NCBI RefSeq assembly: GCF_964204645.1
Contig: NC_134033.1
Span: 2,686,131 to 2,750,130 of the forward strand
DNA: 64,000 nucleotides
Direction: 5' to 3'
DNA from: Tubulanus polymorphus
Taxonomy: Eukaryota > Animalia > Nemertea
Shown one piece after another: positions 1 to 12,521 of the stretch (position 1 is its first letter; every line of letters starts with the position of its first letter). A model generated the notes under the pieces. The model was given only the letters and a program-made list of their open reading frames with translations. It was not told the origin of the DNA and made no database searches. Made by a program: the position numbers and the translations under genes.

Positions 1-941
1 TCGGCGGTGCATTTCGTATTCAGATTTCACTGATCACATTTAGGTAGTAAATTTATATCGAATATTCAATTCAATGTTGTCCTAATTGCGATCGAAATTC
101 ATCTTAAAGAGAACATAAAAATTCATCAGAAAGACAATAAGATTCGGGCCATATTAAAAAAGATACGACACTCGATATTCACTAATCTTTTTTATACATT
201 TTTACACTATTCGTTTTAACGCCACGTTAAAACCACCAACCTTTCGAGGAGACCAACTCAAACAAAAACAAACAAACGAAATCGACCAATCAAATAAGTT
301 ATAGGGTCAATCCGTATTTTCAGATAAAGAAAATTCTAACCTATCGTTTTTTACTGCGAATTAAGAAAATATCGTTTCAATAAAAAAAACCAGGTTAAAC
401 CCGAAAAGACCACGTTACAACGAACAACTGATCTTTCTTAAGATCTTAAAGCAGTGATTGACCCTGGAGTTCATTTAATAGGTAGATTTCACTTGATTTG
501 TTTCGATTTGATCAGTGTCCCTTACAGACCCATCCACGACACCTGCCAGGAACGAAACAGGGGGTTCGAATTAGAAATCAGCAAAGCAATCGAAGTACAG
601 ATATAGTTGGCGATATATATCCGATCGGTTGTCCAATTTACAGATTTTCTTTGTTTAAATCGAAGTACGTAATTGGAACTGGTTTAAACATGGCTCAAAA
701 CGACAAAAATGTGGCGTTATGGCGGCTAGAAACTTTAAAACGGTTACTAAATCTTACATTCAACGAGCGCTCTTTCAGTTACTTTTTACTTACTTGGCCA
801 TATCTCTGTAAACTAGCCGCCAATAGATTTGTTGCGAAGTTAGACATTTTTCGCGAAATGGATCCTCGGACACATTGGTGGTTCAAAGAGTTTTCGATTG
901 CGGGAACAAAAACTAGGGTTTCGTTCTGGACGTATTGGCCC

Positions 942-1380
942 GAATACGAATACGAATACGAATACGAATATTCATTACACTCCAACCATTCCCATGGTAA
1001 ATGGAGGAAAAAACAGTATTTACAATTATTTACAAAAACAGTAGATAAAAGCACTTTGAAACATAACAAACGTTATTTACAACACACTATTTACACACAC
1101 TACCGGAGGGATCTATATACAACCAGACCTAATTTGATAAATTTAGCAAGTTTAAAAGTTGGATTTTTTAAAACATCAAGATTCCGAAAGGTATTTGAAT
1201 TTAGGTAGCTTTCACGGAATACGGTAAGTAATTTACAGTCAAAAATGAAATGTAGTTCGTCGCCTAAAACGTTACAGGTGGGACATAATCTATCGGGTCT
1301 CGGTAGATGGAGATTTGACAATTTATTTACAGGTATGAGATAAGACCCAATCCTGAACTGGAATAAACTGGTCACTAAGT
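942..1380 (-). mobile_element. 5'-truncated non-LTR retrotransposon (LINE) 3' end
   Basis: ORF 1100-1375(-) encodes a LINE ORF2-type C-terminal zinc knuckle (RLCPTCNVLGDELHFIFDC). It is followed by an AT-rich 3' UTR and a (GTATTC)x5 tail at 942-971. The segment is absent from the paralogous junction at about 16590. Confidence 0.8.
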
Positions 1381-2435
1381 CGGGTCAATCCGTATTTTCA
1401 GATAAAGTAAAATCTAACCTTTCGTTTTCTACTGCGAATTAAGATCAAGAAAATATGGTTTCAACGAAAAACCAGGTAAAACCCGAAAAGACCACGTTAC
1501 AACGAAAAACTGATCTTTCTTAAACTCTTAAAGCAGTCATTGACCCTGAAGTTCATTTAATAGGTAGATTTCACTTGATTTGTTTCGATTTGATCAGTGT
1601 CCCTTACAGACCAAACCACCACACCTGTCGGGATCGAAACAGGGGGTTCGAATTAGAAATCAGCAATCGAAGTACAGATATAGTTGGCGATATATATCCG
1701 CTCGGTTGTCCAATTTACAGATTTTCATTGTTTAAATCGAAGTACGTAATTGGAACTGGTTTAAACATGGCTTAAAACGAGAAAAATGTGGCGTTATGGC
1801 GGCTAGAAACTTTAAAACGGTTACTGAATCTTACATTCAACGAGCACTCTTTCAGTTACTTGTTACTTTCTTGGCCTTATCTCTGTAAACTAGCTGCCAA
1901 TAGATTTGTTGCGAAGTTAGACATTTTTCGCGAAATGGATCCTCGGACACTGGTGGTTCAAAGAGTTTTCGATTGCGACAACGAGAAACTAGGGTTTCGA
2001 TTTTGAAAATCGATCGGAAACCGAAGCACGGATAGCTGGATGTTTTAGCATTGGTTCTGGATATTCAAAGTTATGCCGCGGCTTTAGTAGTGAATATATA
2101 TAGTTTGAGTTCATCTCATATTGTTGGATCAAACCACGAAATAGAACATGTTACATGTATATACATATTTCTGCGCGTGATTTCAAAAATAATACACGAC
2201 GAGAAATATGTTCACAGTTCGTCTGTAATTTGCATGTTGCTGCATAAAGCCGACAGATTCGAAGCGCGTTCAACAACCATGTACAGAAAAAACAGGGAGT
2301 GTCAATCTGAAGAGCTTACCAGAGGAGAGAGGCAGGCGAGATATCGTAAACTCGATGTTACATAGAACTGAATCAGTTTGTGCGAAGGGGGAAAACTTCA
2401 AGTTATTTCTCAAACGCTGGTGAGATTAATTTACG

Positions 2436-3647
2436 ATGAGTAATCTAACCCTAACACCGCTACCCCCACCACGTCCGCTTCCGCCGCCACAGTTTATCCG
2501 GGCGTTTGCGCAATTTCTCCGTGATTACGATGTTTATAGACGCATGGATTTCGCTATCGTATTGTTCCTGTATCCGCTGGGAAGCGTGTTCAACTTTCTG
2601 ACAATCATTTTACTGATACAGTGTCGCAGATTTCAGTCGGTTCGTTACACGTTCCCCTATCTCATAACTATAGCGTTTACGGATCAACTTATCGTGTTGT
2701 TTGGTTTAAGACCATTCCCTCACACCATTATGATAATTGTTATCTTCGAATTAGGAAACTATCCGGAATGTAAGAGTCGGATGGTGTTTGAAAGTAAAGA
2801 GGCAAGTGCATTATGTCCATTGATTTACTATTACTGGTATTATTTCTATAGTGTAATAGAACGGAATATTCCGATATGTTTCATCGAGAATTTGTTCAAA
2901 AATCAAGCGATCACTGTGTCTAATTATATCATTGTTGTGATTTCTATCGAGAGATTTCTCTCCGTTCGTTTTCCTTTTTTTCACATGCAACATTTTACCG
3001 TTACTCGACGTAGATTCGCCGTAATAATTGTAGTCGTGTTTGCTACTATTTTAAACATGGATTTACCGATATTCTATGATCGAATAGTGTTTTTAAGTGG
3101 TATCCAACAGTTCTTTTGTAGTACCCGTTATCAGGACAACAATGTCATTGTTAAAACATACAGATCTGTTGCGGTATTTATTCGTGATATAGTCCCGGCT
3201 TTCATTGTATTAACAACATCAGTGGCAACTGCTAGAATTCGCCGGGGAGGTAAAACACGTATTGGCGCTTCAGTCGGCAACAGTCGTCATAAAACTGAAA
3301 CCAGTAAAACACTTCTACTAATAGTTCTTGTTTATCTGGTACTAGTAATGCCATACGCTATATGCGACTGTACGAACAAGTTAAGTAATTTGGTGTTCTC
3401 GTTAGTGTATAGAATTAATGGCTTCAGAATCACTACACAACAAACCCCCACCATTCACTTTTATACAGTAATGCTTTGGCCATTCTTTACGCAGATATTA
3501 ACGCTTCCTCGACAGTGCGTTTTCTGCGTGAATTTCTTTATATACGTAACAACGCTGAGAGTTTTCCGACACAAACTTGTCGGTTTTTTCCGCTGTAACT
3601 GTCGCCGAACTATTCCCAGTCAGTCCCGCGGTAGCTCAGTGGGATAA
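2436..3647 (+). CDS. Intronless class A 7TM GPCR, paralog 1 (403 aa; peptide-receptor-like/putative chemoreceptor)
   Basis: Seven hydrophobic segments; TM1 G..FN; TM2 IAFTD; TM3 ISIERF (DRY equivalent); TM6 MPY; TM7 VNFFIY (NPxxY equivalent); N-terminal NLT sequon. Confidence 0.9.
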   Translation: MSNLTLTPLPPPRPLPPPQFIRAFAQFLRDYDVYRRMDFAIVLFLYPLGSVFNFLTIILLIQCRRFQSVRYTFPYLITIAFTDQLIVLFGLRPFPHTIMIIVIFELGNYPECKSRMVFESKEASALCPLIYYYWYYFYSVIERNIPICFIENLFKNQAITVSNYIIVVISIERFLSVRFPFFHMQHFTVTRRRFAVIIVVVFATILNMDLPIFYDRIVFLSGIQQFFCSTRYQDNNVIVKTYRSVAVFIRDIVPAFIVLTTSVATARIRRGGKTRIGASVGNSRHKTETSKTLLLIVLVYLVLVMPYAICDCTNKLSNLVFSLVYRINGFRITTQQTPTIHFYTVMLWPFFTQILTLPRQCVFCVNFFIYVTTLRVFRHKLVGFFRCNCRRTIPSQSRGSSVG

Positions 3648-4328
3648 GGCGACGATTCCCTTAAAAAGTCCTAAGCTTTGTTCGTATATGGACGATTCCA
3701 CACTCTGTAGGGAGGTCGAAACATTGTCTCTGTTTCATTACAAGTTAGAAGAAAGATTTCCATTTAAAAAGCGGGCGTTAAACAAAAAAATGCAGTGAAA
3801 ACAACATTTGCCGGTCAAAAATGGTTGCGCTTTAAAACAAACAGAAATCCTACTTACCAAACAATGATTATTGCCAACGACCTTCAGACTCCCGCGCGCA
3901 CTTCCTTGTATGGTTTCCGGATTCAGTTGATGAGATAATCCCGAGTCTAATGTCCTCAAGTTATGGATAGAAAACGCGAGCGAACTTTAAACATGTATAT
4001 TCCGATATGTTAAATCGCTTGTCGTGTGGACTGAACACCGCGAGAACAACATTGCATAACACCGCGTCAGAATAACTATATTCGAAGTTGAGAACACTGA
4101 AATTGTACGCGTGATTTTAAGGAGTTGTTAGTTTTTTCAATCGCTCTCATGTTGAATAGTTGCAAATTTGTGAAATGAATTTCATATCCCTGAAAACTAG
4201 AGATTAACGCGGTTTTGCATGTGACCAGTTTGAAAATAGTTTTTTAAATCGATCTCGGGACCGACGAAATAAATATGAAGAAAATCGTGACACAAATATT
4301 TTCTTAAAAGAAACGGCCCAAAAAACAG

Positions 4329-4421
4329 GGTCCAGTTCGACAGTCATGAGTTAGAGTTAACTCTGAGTTACATAAAGTCAGTTCATTTTCAATGAGTTAA
4401 CTCTGAGCCAGGTACTGGATC
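4329..4421. mobile_element. MITE family A (Harbinger-like), internally deleted; paralogous copies at 8106-8199 and 26228-26320
   Basis: Ends GGTCCAG...CTGGATC with a shared GAGTTAACTC/CATTTTCAATG core; the copy at 8106 has a direct CAG target-site duplication. Confidence 0.65.
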
Positions 4422-4726
4422 AAGGACAAAAGTACCCTAACAAAAAGGCGGCTAGCAACTTGATTGAAAATGGTTACAAAAACTTATATCCAATGCGCGC
4501 TCATTCAAATACTTACTTGGCCATCTCTATCTAAACTGTCCGTACATTTGTTGCGAGCTTCCAGTTTATCGCAAAACGTCATAAACGTTCTAGGAAGGAC
4601 AGTGTTCTGTGTCGTGGTTCGTGTAGTTGAATGCAGCGGTGAAAGATATATGAGGGACTGGTACAAAGTGACCGGTCACCTGTTTATTGTAATGCGACAA
4701 ACACGACCGAGCATCTGGCGAAACCA

Positions 4727-5397
4727 AGCCACTAAATATTTGGATGGATATATGAAAGCTGTGGGTACTGGAGTGTGTAATGGGTAGTGTAGTGTGATCT
4801 GTGTGCATTTTGGTGGCCAGCACACAGATCACATTGTTCATTGGGGTTAAGTCCAGGACTCGCGAGATTTTCAACAACATGGAAGTAACGTGTAATAAAT
4901 GATGACTTGAATTGCATGACTACCTATCACCCCTCATTATTGTTGGAAAACTAAACGTTCCGCACTGACTAAAAATTAGTAATAATAATCAATAACATTT
5001 TAGAAATGGCCAGAATTTTAACTTAGGTTCTATCTCATTTTTATTTTACAATTGCGATTGGTATAATTTTTTTTTTAAACGGCCGTTAAGGCTTCATGTT
5101 TCGTCTGCAATTCACTGCAAATAGTTACTCAACTACGCACATTTCAGTGTTTTTGGCAGCTGTACACTCAATCGGCACCGTTCGTGACTAGCTTCACTGC
5201 GGAATTATCATTAATTAACATCGCCATATCACATCATCAACTTATATTGTGCCTTAAAAACCTAACAACCGAAATAATTGAAATACACACACGATTTCTA
5301 TCATTGAAAATTGCGAGAATGGCCGTGTTTGTGTTCTGCTGCTTCGCCTTAATCCCGAGGGTGGCGCCACCGCGCGGAGTGGGGCCGAAACGTCCAG
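4727..5397 (+). mobile_element. ~670-bp inserted repeat with a GC hairpin near its fixed end (Helitron/Helentron-like, unclassified)
   Basis: Absent at paralogous sites about 8500 and about 26625 (GAAACCCAGTGTGG empty site); near-identical to 14604-15273 and, inverted, to 16579-17243. Confidence 0.6.
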
Positions 5398-5631
5398 TGT
5401 GGCGAAAACGCGGCCGATTTTAAAAATCGCGAAAACATCTCTAAAAATTGTCAAGTCAGGTTATCGAATCAAATAAACAAAGTTCTACAAGATTATTCTC
5501 AATATTTCTGGTATATTGATTATAAATCAATTTTCAACCACATGTGACCGTTATAACAACAGTTGGGGTAACATCAATCACGACAGATCATCCAGATGTG
5601 ACACGATGCCCCGAAGCAAACTTGACGACAA

Positions 5632-5699
5632 GCCTCCATAGGGGTTAGAGCACTGGTCTTGTAAACCAGGGGTCGAGAGTTCAAATCTCTCTGGGGGCA
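5632..5699 (+). pseudogene. tRNA-Thr(TGT) pseudogene
   Basis: Matches the intact copy at 30390-30462 but lacks GCTCA (5-nt deletion in the D-stem/A-box). Confidence 0.85.
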
Positions 5700-6219
5700 T
5701 AGCTGCAAACATTTTTGCAAAATCGATCCTCGGAAAGAGCGATCGGAAATCGAAGCCCGTATAGTTGGATGGATTGGTTCTGCATACTCAGAATTTTGCA
5801 CCAGCTTTAGTGGTGAATATATATCTACAACAACATCGTTCAGTTCCTCTCATTTCGCATCAAACCACGAAATACATGCATATTCATATATATATTACAT
5901 GTATATACATATTTCTGCGCGTGATTTCAAAAATAAAACACGACGAGAAATATGTTCACAGTTCGTCTGTAATGTGCATGTTGCTGCATAAAGCCGACAG
6001 ATTCGAAGCGCGTTCAACTATACCACGTATGGAAAAAACAGGGAGTGTCAATCTGAAGAGCATACCGTTAGTCCGACGTAAGAGAGATAGAGAGGGAGGA
6101 GAGAGATACGGAGAGGGAGGAGAGATATCGTAAACTCGATGCTACATAGAACTGAATCAGTTGATGCGATGGAGGAAAACTTCAAGTTATTTCTCAAACG
6201 CTCGTGAGATTTATATACG

Positions 6220-7542
6220 ATGAGAAACTTTACGCTACCTCCGCTACCTCTGCTACCGCTGCCACCTCCGACGCGGCCGACACCTCCGCCACGGCCGCAG
6301 TTTATCCTGGCTTTCTTACAATTCATCCGCGAATACAAAGTTTTTATGCGCGTTGATATCGCTGAAGTATTCTTCCTGTATCCGTTGGGAAGCGCGTTCA
6401 ACTTTCTGACGATCATTTTGCTGATAAAGTGTCGCAGATTTCAGTCAGTTCGTTACACGTTCCCTTATCTCATAACTCTCGCGTTTTCGGATCAACTTGT
6501 CGTGTTGTTTGGTTTAAGACAATTCGCTAACAAACTATTGATAAACATAATCAACGAATTAGGATACTATCCGGAATGTAAGATGTTTGGCGCGTTAAGA
6601 AGTAAAGAAGATATTGCACCATGTCCTTCAATTTACTATTATTGGTTCTATTTCTATAGTGTAATTGAACGGTATACTCCGGTTTGTTTCATCGAGTATT
6701 TGTTCAAAAATCAAGCGATCACTGTGTCTAATTATATCATCGTTGTGATTTCTATCGAGAGATTTGTCTCCGTTCGTTTTCCATTTTTTCACATGAAACA
6801 TTTCACCGTAACTCGACGTAGATTTGCCCTAATAATTGTAGTCGTTTTTGCAATCATTTTGAACTTGGATCAGCCGATATTTAATCGAATTAGGTTAGCA
6901 AAAAGAATTAAAGGTGGCTACTATGAGTTTTACTGTAAAAGTAATATCAACATCACTCTCATGGTTCAAACATACAGATCTGTTGCGGTATTTATTCGGG
7001 ATATAGTCCCGGTTTTGATTGTAGTTACAGCATCGGTGGCAACTGCTAGAATTCGCCGGGGAGGTAAAACACGTATTGGCGCCTCAGTCGGCAACAGTCG
7101 TCATAAAACTGAAACCAGTAAAACACTTATTCTAATAGTTCTTGTTTATCTGGTACTAGTAATGCCATACGCTATATGTGAATGTTGGGACAAGTTGTAC
7201 TATTTGGTGAACTCGTTAGTGCATAGAATTAATGGCTTCAAAGTCGATTTAAGAGAAAACCCCATCATTTTCTTCTATGTAAAGATGCTATGGGAAATAT
7301 TAGCCAAGATATTAACGCTTCCTCGACAGTGCGTTTTCTGCGTGAATTTCTTTATATACGTAACAACGCTGAAAGTTTTCCGACACAAACTTGTCGGTGT
7401 TTTCCGCTGTAGTCCGCTTGTCAGTCCCAGTAGCTCAGTCAGGATAAGGCGACGATTCCCTTCAAAAATACTATGCTCTGTTTGTATAAGGACGATTCCG
7501 CCTACTGTACGACGGTCGAAACATTGTCCCTGTTTCATATAA
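6220..7542 (+). CDS. Intronless class A 7TM GPCR, paralog 2 (440 aa; C-terminus extended by a frameshift)
   Basis: Same motifs as paralog 1. GTCAGGATAA here versus GTGGGATAA in paralog 7 shifts the stop out of frame. Confidence 0.88.
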   Translation: MRNFTLPPLPLLPLPPPTRPTPPPRPQFILAFLQFIREYKVFMRVDIAEVFFLYPLGSAFNFLTIILLIKCRRFQSVRYTFPYLITLAFSDQLVVLFGLRQFANKLLINIINELGYYPECKMFGALRSKEDIAPCPSIYYYWFYFYSVIERYTPVCFIEYLFKNQAITVSNYIIVVISIERFVSVRFPFFHMKHFTVTRRRFALIIVVVFAIILNLDQPIFNRIRLAKRIKGGYYEFYCKSNINITLMVQTYRSVAVFIRDIVPVLIVVTASVATARIRRGGKTRIGASVGNSRHKTETSKTLILIVLVYLVLVMPYAICECWDKLYYLVNSLVHRINGFKVDLRENPIIFFYVKMLWEILAKILTLPRQCVFCVNFFIYVTTLKVFRHKLVGVFRCSPLVSPSSSVRIRRRFPSKILCSVCIRTIPPTVRRSKHCPCFI

Positions 7543-8744
7543 GACTGAAGAAATATTTCAATTCAAAAAAACGAGCGCCAAGTAAAAAATGCAGTGAAAT
7601 TCATCATTTGCCGATCGAAAAATTGAAACTCTACTTACCAAACAATCATTAATTGCCAACTACTTTCAGACTTCCGCGCGCACTTCCTTTTATGGTTTCC
7701 GGATTCAGTTGATCAGATAATCCCGAGTCTAATTCCTCAAGTTATGGATTGAAACGCGAGCGAACTTCAAACAAGTATATTCCGATAAGATAAATCGTTT
7801 GTCGTGTGGACTGAAGACCGCGGGAACAACATTGAATAACACCGCGTCAAAATAACTATATTCGATGTTGTGAACACTGAAATTGTACGCGTGATTCAAG
7901 AAGTCGTCAGTTGTTTTCAATCGCTCTCTTGTCGCATAGTTGTAAATTAGTGAGATGAATTTCATATCCCTGAAGACTAGAGATTAACGCGATTTTGAAT
8001 GTGACCAGTTTGAAAATAGTTTTAAAAATCGATCTCGGGACCGATGAAACATAAAGAAACACGTGGCACAAAATATTTTCTCAAAAGAAACGGCCCAAAA
8101 AACAGGGTCCAGTTCGACAGTCATGAGTTAGAGTTAACTCTGAGTTAAATAAAGTCAGTTCATTTTCAATGAGTTAACTCTTGAGTCAGGTACTGGATCC
8201 AGGACAAAAGTACCCAAACAAAATGGCGGCTAGTAATTGGTTACTAAAACTTACATCCAAGGCGCGGTCATTCAAATACTTTTTCCTTACTTGGCTATCT
8301 CTATCTAAACTGTCGATGAATTTGTTGCGAAGCTTCCAGATTATCGCAAAACGTCATAAACGTTCTAGGAAGGACAGTGTTCTGTGTCGTGGTTCGTGTA
8401 GTTGAATGCAGCGGTGAAGGATATATGAGGGACTGGTACAAAGTGACCGGTCACCTGTTTATTGTAATGCGACAAACACGACCGAGCATCTGGCGAAACC
8501 CAGTGTGGCGAAAACGCGGCCGATTTTAAAATCGTGAAAACATCTTTAAATTTAAATCTTAAAATTTGTAATTCAAATTTATTTATTGACTAAAGAGAAC
8601 ATGTGCTACAGGATTATACACAATATATCCGGCGTATTGATAACAAATCAATTTTCGACCATGTGCGGCAACGACTGTTGGTAACGTTTATCGCAACAGA
8701 TCATTCAGATTTGACAACAAGTTTCCATTCTAAAGCGACAATAA

Positions 8745-8817
8745 GCTTCCATAGCTCAGGGGTTAGAGCACTGGTCTTGTAAACCAGGGGTCGAGAGTTC
8801 AAATCTCTCTGGGGGCA
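8745..8817 (+). tRNA. trnT: tRNA-Thr(TGT), one acceptor-stem change (extra G-U pair)
   Basis: GCTTCCATAGCTCAGGGGTTAGAGCA-CTGGT-CTTGTAA-ACCAG-GGGTC-GAGAG-TTCAAAT-CTCTC-TGGGGGCA folds as a cloverleaf; TTTTT follows about 12 nt downstream. Confidence 0.85.
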
Positions 8818-9330
8818 TAGCTGCAAACATTTTTGCAAAATCGATCCTCGGAAAGAGCGATCAGAAATCGAAGCCCGTATAGTTGGATGGATTGGTTCTG
8901 CATACTCAAAATTTTGCACCAGCTTAAGTGATGAATATATATCTACAACAACATCGTTCAGTTCCTCTCATTTCGCATCACACCACGAAATACATGCATA
9001 TTCATATATATATTACATGTATATACATATTTCTGCGCGTGATTTCAAAAATAAAACACGACGAGAAATATGTTCACAGTTCGTCTGTAATTTGCATGTT
9101 GCTGCATAAAGCCGACAGATTCGAAGCGCGTTCAACTATAACACGTATGGAAAAAACAGGGAGTGTCAATCTATAGAGGATACTGGCGGTCAGAAGTAAG
9201 AGAGACGGAGAGAGGGAGAGAGATACGGAGAGGGGGGAGAGATATCGTAAACCCGATGCTACTGAACTAACTCAGTTTGCGCGAAGGAGGAAAACTTCAA
9301 GTTATTTCTCAAACGCTCGCGAAATAACCG

Positions 9331-10517
9331 ATGAGAAATTCTACACTACCGTCGCTTCCGCCGACACAGCTTATCGATGCATTCTTTCAATTCCTCTACG
9401 AATACAAAGTTTTTATGCGCGTCGATATCGCTGAAGTATTGTTCCTGTATCCGTTGGAAGCGTGTTCAACTTTCTGACGATCATTTTACTGATAAAGTGT
9501 CGCAGATTTCAGTCGGTTCGTTACACGTTCCCCTATCTCATAACACTAGCGTTTTCGGATCAACTTGTCGTGTTGTTTGGTTTAAGAACATTCGCGAACA
9601 CCATTGTGTCAATCCTAACCCGTGGATTAGGATACTATCCGGAATGCAAAAGTTGGACACTACTTGGGCGTCAAAAGGGCGTCGCATCATGTCCGTCGAT
9701 TTACTATTATTGGCATTATTTCTATCGTGTAATTGAACGGAATACTCCAGTTTGTTACATCGAGAATTTGTTCAATAATCAAGCGATCACTGTGTCTAAT
9801 TATATCATTGTTGTGATTTCTATCGAGAGATTTGTCTCCGTTCGTTTTCCTTTTTTTCACATGCAACATTTCACAGAATCTCGACGTAGATTCGCCATCA
9901 TAATTGTTGTCGCTTTTGCGACCGTTTTGAACTTGGATCTGCCGATACTATATCGAATTAGGTTAATAAAAAGGAATGATGGTGGCTTCTATGAGTTCTA
10001 CTGTAGTTATAATGATCCTGACATTATCTTAACGGTTCAAACATACAGATCTGTTGCGGTATTTATTCGGGATATAGTCGCGGTTTTGATTGTAGTAACA
10101 ACATCAGTGGTAACAGCTAGAATTCGCCGTGGAGGTAAAACACGTATTGGCGCCTCAGTCGGCAACAGTCGTCATAAAACTGAAACCAGTAAAACACTTC
10201 TACTAATAGTTCTTGTTTATCTGGTACTAGTAATGCCATACGCTATATGTGACTGTACGGACAAGTTGAGCAGTTTGGTGTCCTTGTTAGTGCAGAGAAT
10301 TAATGGCTCCAAAACCAATCGTAGAGAAACCCCCATCATTCGATTCTTTGTTAGGATGCGGTGGAATATATTAGCCCGGATATTAACGTTTCCTCGACAG
10401 TGCGTTTTCAGCGTGAATTTCTTTATATACGTAACAACACAGAGAGTTTTCCGACGCAAACTTGTCGGTGTTTTCCGCTGCACCTGTCGGCGAACGGTTC
10501 CGAGTCAGTCCCAGTAG
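9331..10517 (+). pseudogene. 7TM GPCR paralog 3 with a 1-bp deletion (pseudogene or assembly error)
   Basis: ATG at 9331 (MRNSTLPSLPPTQLIDAFF...) matches the paralog starts. CCGTTGGAAGC at 9451 versus CCG(C/T)TGGGAAGC in paralogs gives a premature TGA. The rest of the gene (ORF 9462-10517) is intact. Confidence 0.85.
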
Positions 10518-10965
10518 TCAGTGGGATAAGGCGAGATGCATTCACTATCAGTGTTGAACGGCATCGGGTTCGAGTCCTGCTGCCTGCTTATAGCGTGTGC
10601 GGGCTTCGAGTCCTGCTGGCTGCTTATAGAGTGTGCGGGCAACACTTCGCAGACCTTGGTCCCGTCGGGATATAATCTCGGGGGGGGGGGCAGTCTTGGG
10701 AAAACCAATCTGGTGTCGAATCACAAATCCAGCTTCCCATCCTAATGTAAACGATGGTAATAATTAACCCAACAGGGTTAGTGTGGTGAAATTAAGATCC
10801 AACTGACGTAAAGCGCTGAGTTACAAGCAGGTTCTAGTCCTGCTGGCTGTGTACAGTGTGCGGGGCCTTAATCCCATCCTGAAGGTAAACCGTGTTAAAT
10901 GAACCCAACAGGGTTAGTATGTGGTGAAACCAAGATCCAACTCTAAAGCAAGACAAACTCTCATT
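10513..10965 (+). mobile_element. Putative tRNA-derived SINE-like element overlapping the GPCR 3' end (also at ~13724, ~19007, ~22309; partial at 15277-15430)
   Basis: A-box-like TAG(C)TCAGTGG at 10515 and B-box GGTTCGAGTCC at 10567-10577 with tRNA-like spacing; the body contains internal duplications. Confidence 0.5.
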
Positions 10966-12521
10966 ACAAATAAACGATATTAATATCGCTAAAACTGTAC
11001 CATTTAATCAATTCTCTTCACTTGATATTAATGTTGTTGAAGCTTTAAACAAGAAAACTAACTAACTCAGTTTATTGAAGCCTTGAACGATAAATTGCAT
11101 TGCTTTATATTGTCGAAAATGAATAACTGAACGTTTTTGTTAAAACAGGGAGGATTAAACGAATATGATACCAGGATTCAACTGCATCTGCGGTGCATAT
11201 TTCACTGGACACATTTAGGTAGTAAATTTATATCGACAATTTAATGTTGTCCTAATTGCGATCGAAATTCATTTTAAAGAAGACATAAAAATTCATCAGA
11301 TAGAAAATAAGATTCGGGCCACATTAAAAAGATATGACGCTCGATATTCATCATTCAGTTTTTTTTTTACATTTTGTACTTTTCGTTTTAACGCCACGTT
11401 ACAACCAACCTTTCGAGGAGACCAACTCAAACAAAAACAAACAAACGAAATCGACCAATCAAATAAGTTATAGGGTCAATCCGTATTTTCAGATAAAGAA
11501 AATTCTAACCTTTCGTATTTTACTGCGAATTAAGATCAAGAAAATATGGTTTCAACGAAAAACCAGGTTTAACCAGAAAAGACCACGTTAGAACGAACAA
11601 CTGTTCTTTCTTTAAATCTTAAAGCAGTGATTGACCCTGAAGTTCATTTAATAGGTAGATTTCGCTTAATTTGTTTCGATTTGATCAGTGTCCCTTACAA
11701 ACCCACCCACGACACCTGTCGGGATCGAAACAGGGGCTTCGAATTAGCAATCAGCAATCGAAGTACAGATATAGTTGGCGATATATATCCGATCGGTTGT
11801 CGGATTTACAGATTTTTTTCGTTTTAATCGGAGTACGTAATTGGAACTGGTTTAAACATGGCCCAAAACGAGAAAAACGTGGCGTTATGGCGGCTAGAAA
11901 CTTTAAAACGGTTACTGAATCTTACATTCAACGCGCGCTCTTTCAGTTACTTTTTACTTACTTGGCCTTATCTCTGTAAGCTAGCAGTCAATAAATTTGT
12001 TCCGAAGTTACACATTTTTCGCGAAATGGATCCTCGGACACTGGTGGTTCAAAGAGTTTTCGATTGCGACAACAAGAAACTAGGGTTTAGAATTTGAAAA
12101 TCGATCGGAAATCGAAGCACGGATAGCTGGATGTTTTAGGATTGGTTCTGGATATTCAAAGTTATGCTGCAGCTTTTGAATATATATAGTTTAAATTCCT
12201 TTCATATTGTTCCGTCAAACCACGAAATAGAACATGTTATATGTATATACATATTTCTGCGCGTGATTTCAAAAATAATACACGACGAGAAATATGTTCA
12301 CAGTTCGTCTGTAATTTGCATGTTGCTGCATAAAGCCGACAGATTCGAAGCGCGTTCAACAACCATGTACGGAAAAAACAGGGAGTGTCAATCTAAAGAG
12401 CTTACCGGAGGAGAGAGGCAGGAGAGATATCGTAAACTCGATGTTACATAGAACTGAATTGGTTTGTGCGAAGGAGGAAAACTTCAAGTTATTTCTCAAA
12501 CGCGCCTGAGATTTAAACACG

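Noticed and set aside
498-1208. 236-aa ORF and its repeated relatives (1575, 11627, 16151, 20156, 23435)
   Set aside because: Non-ATG starts, and stops and frameshifts differ between duplicated spacer copies; it runs into an antisense LINE tail. Noncoding.
9462-10517. 351-aa GPCR as a complete gene
   Set aside because: It starts at a GTG within TM1; the true ATG is at 9331, upstream of a frameshift.
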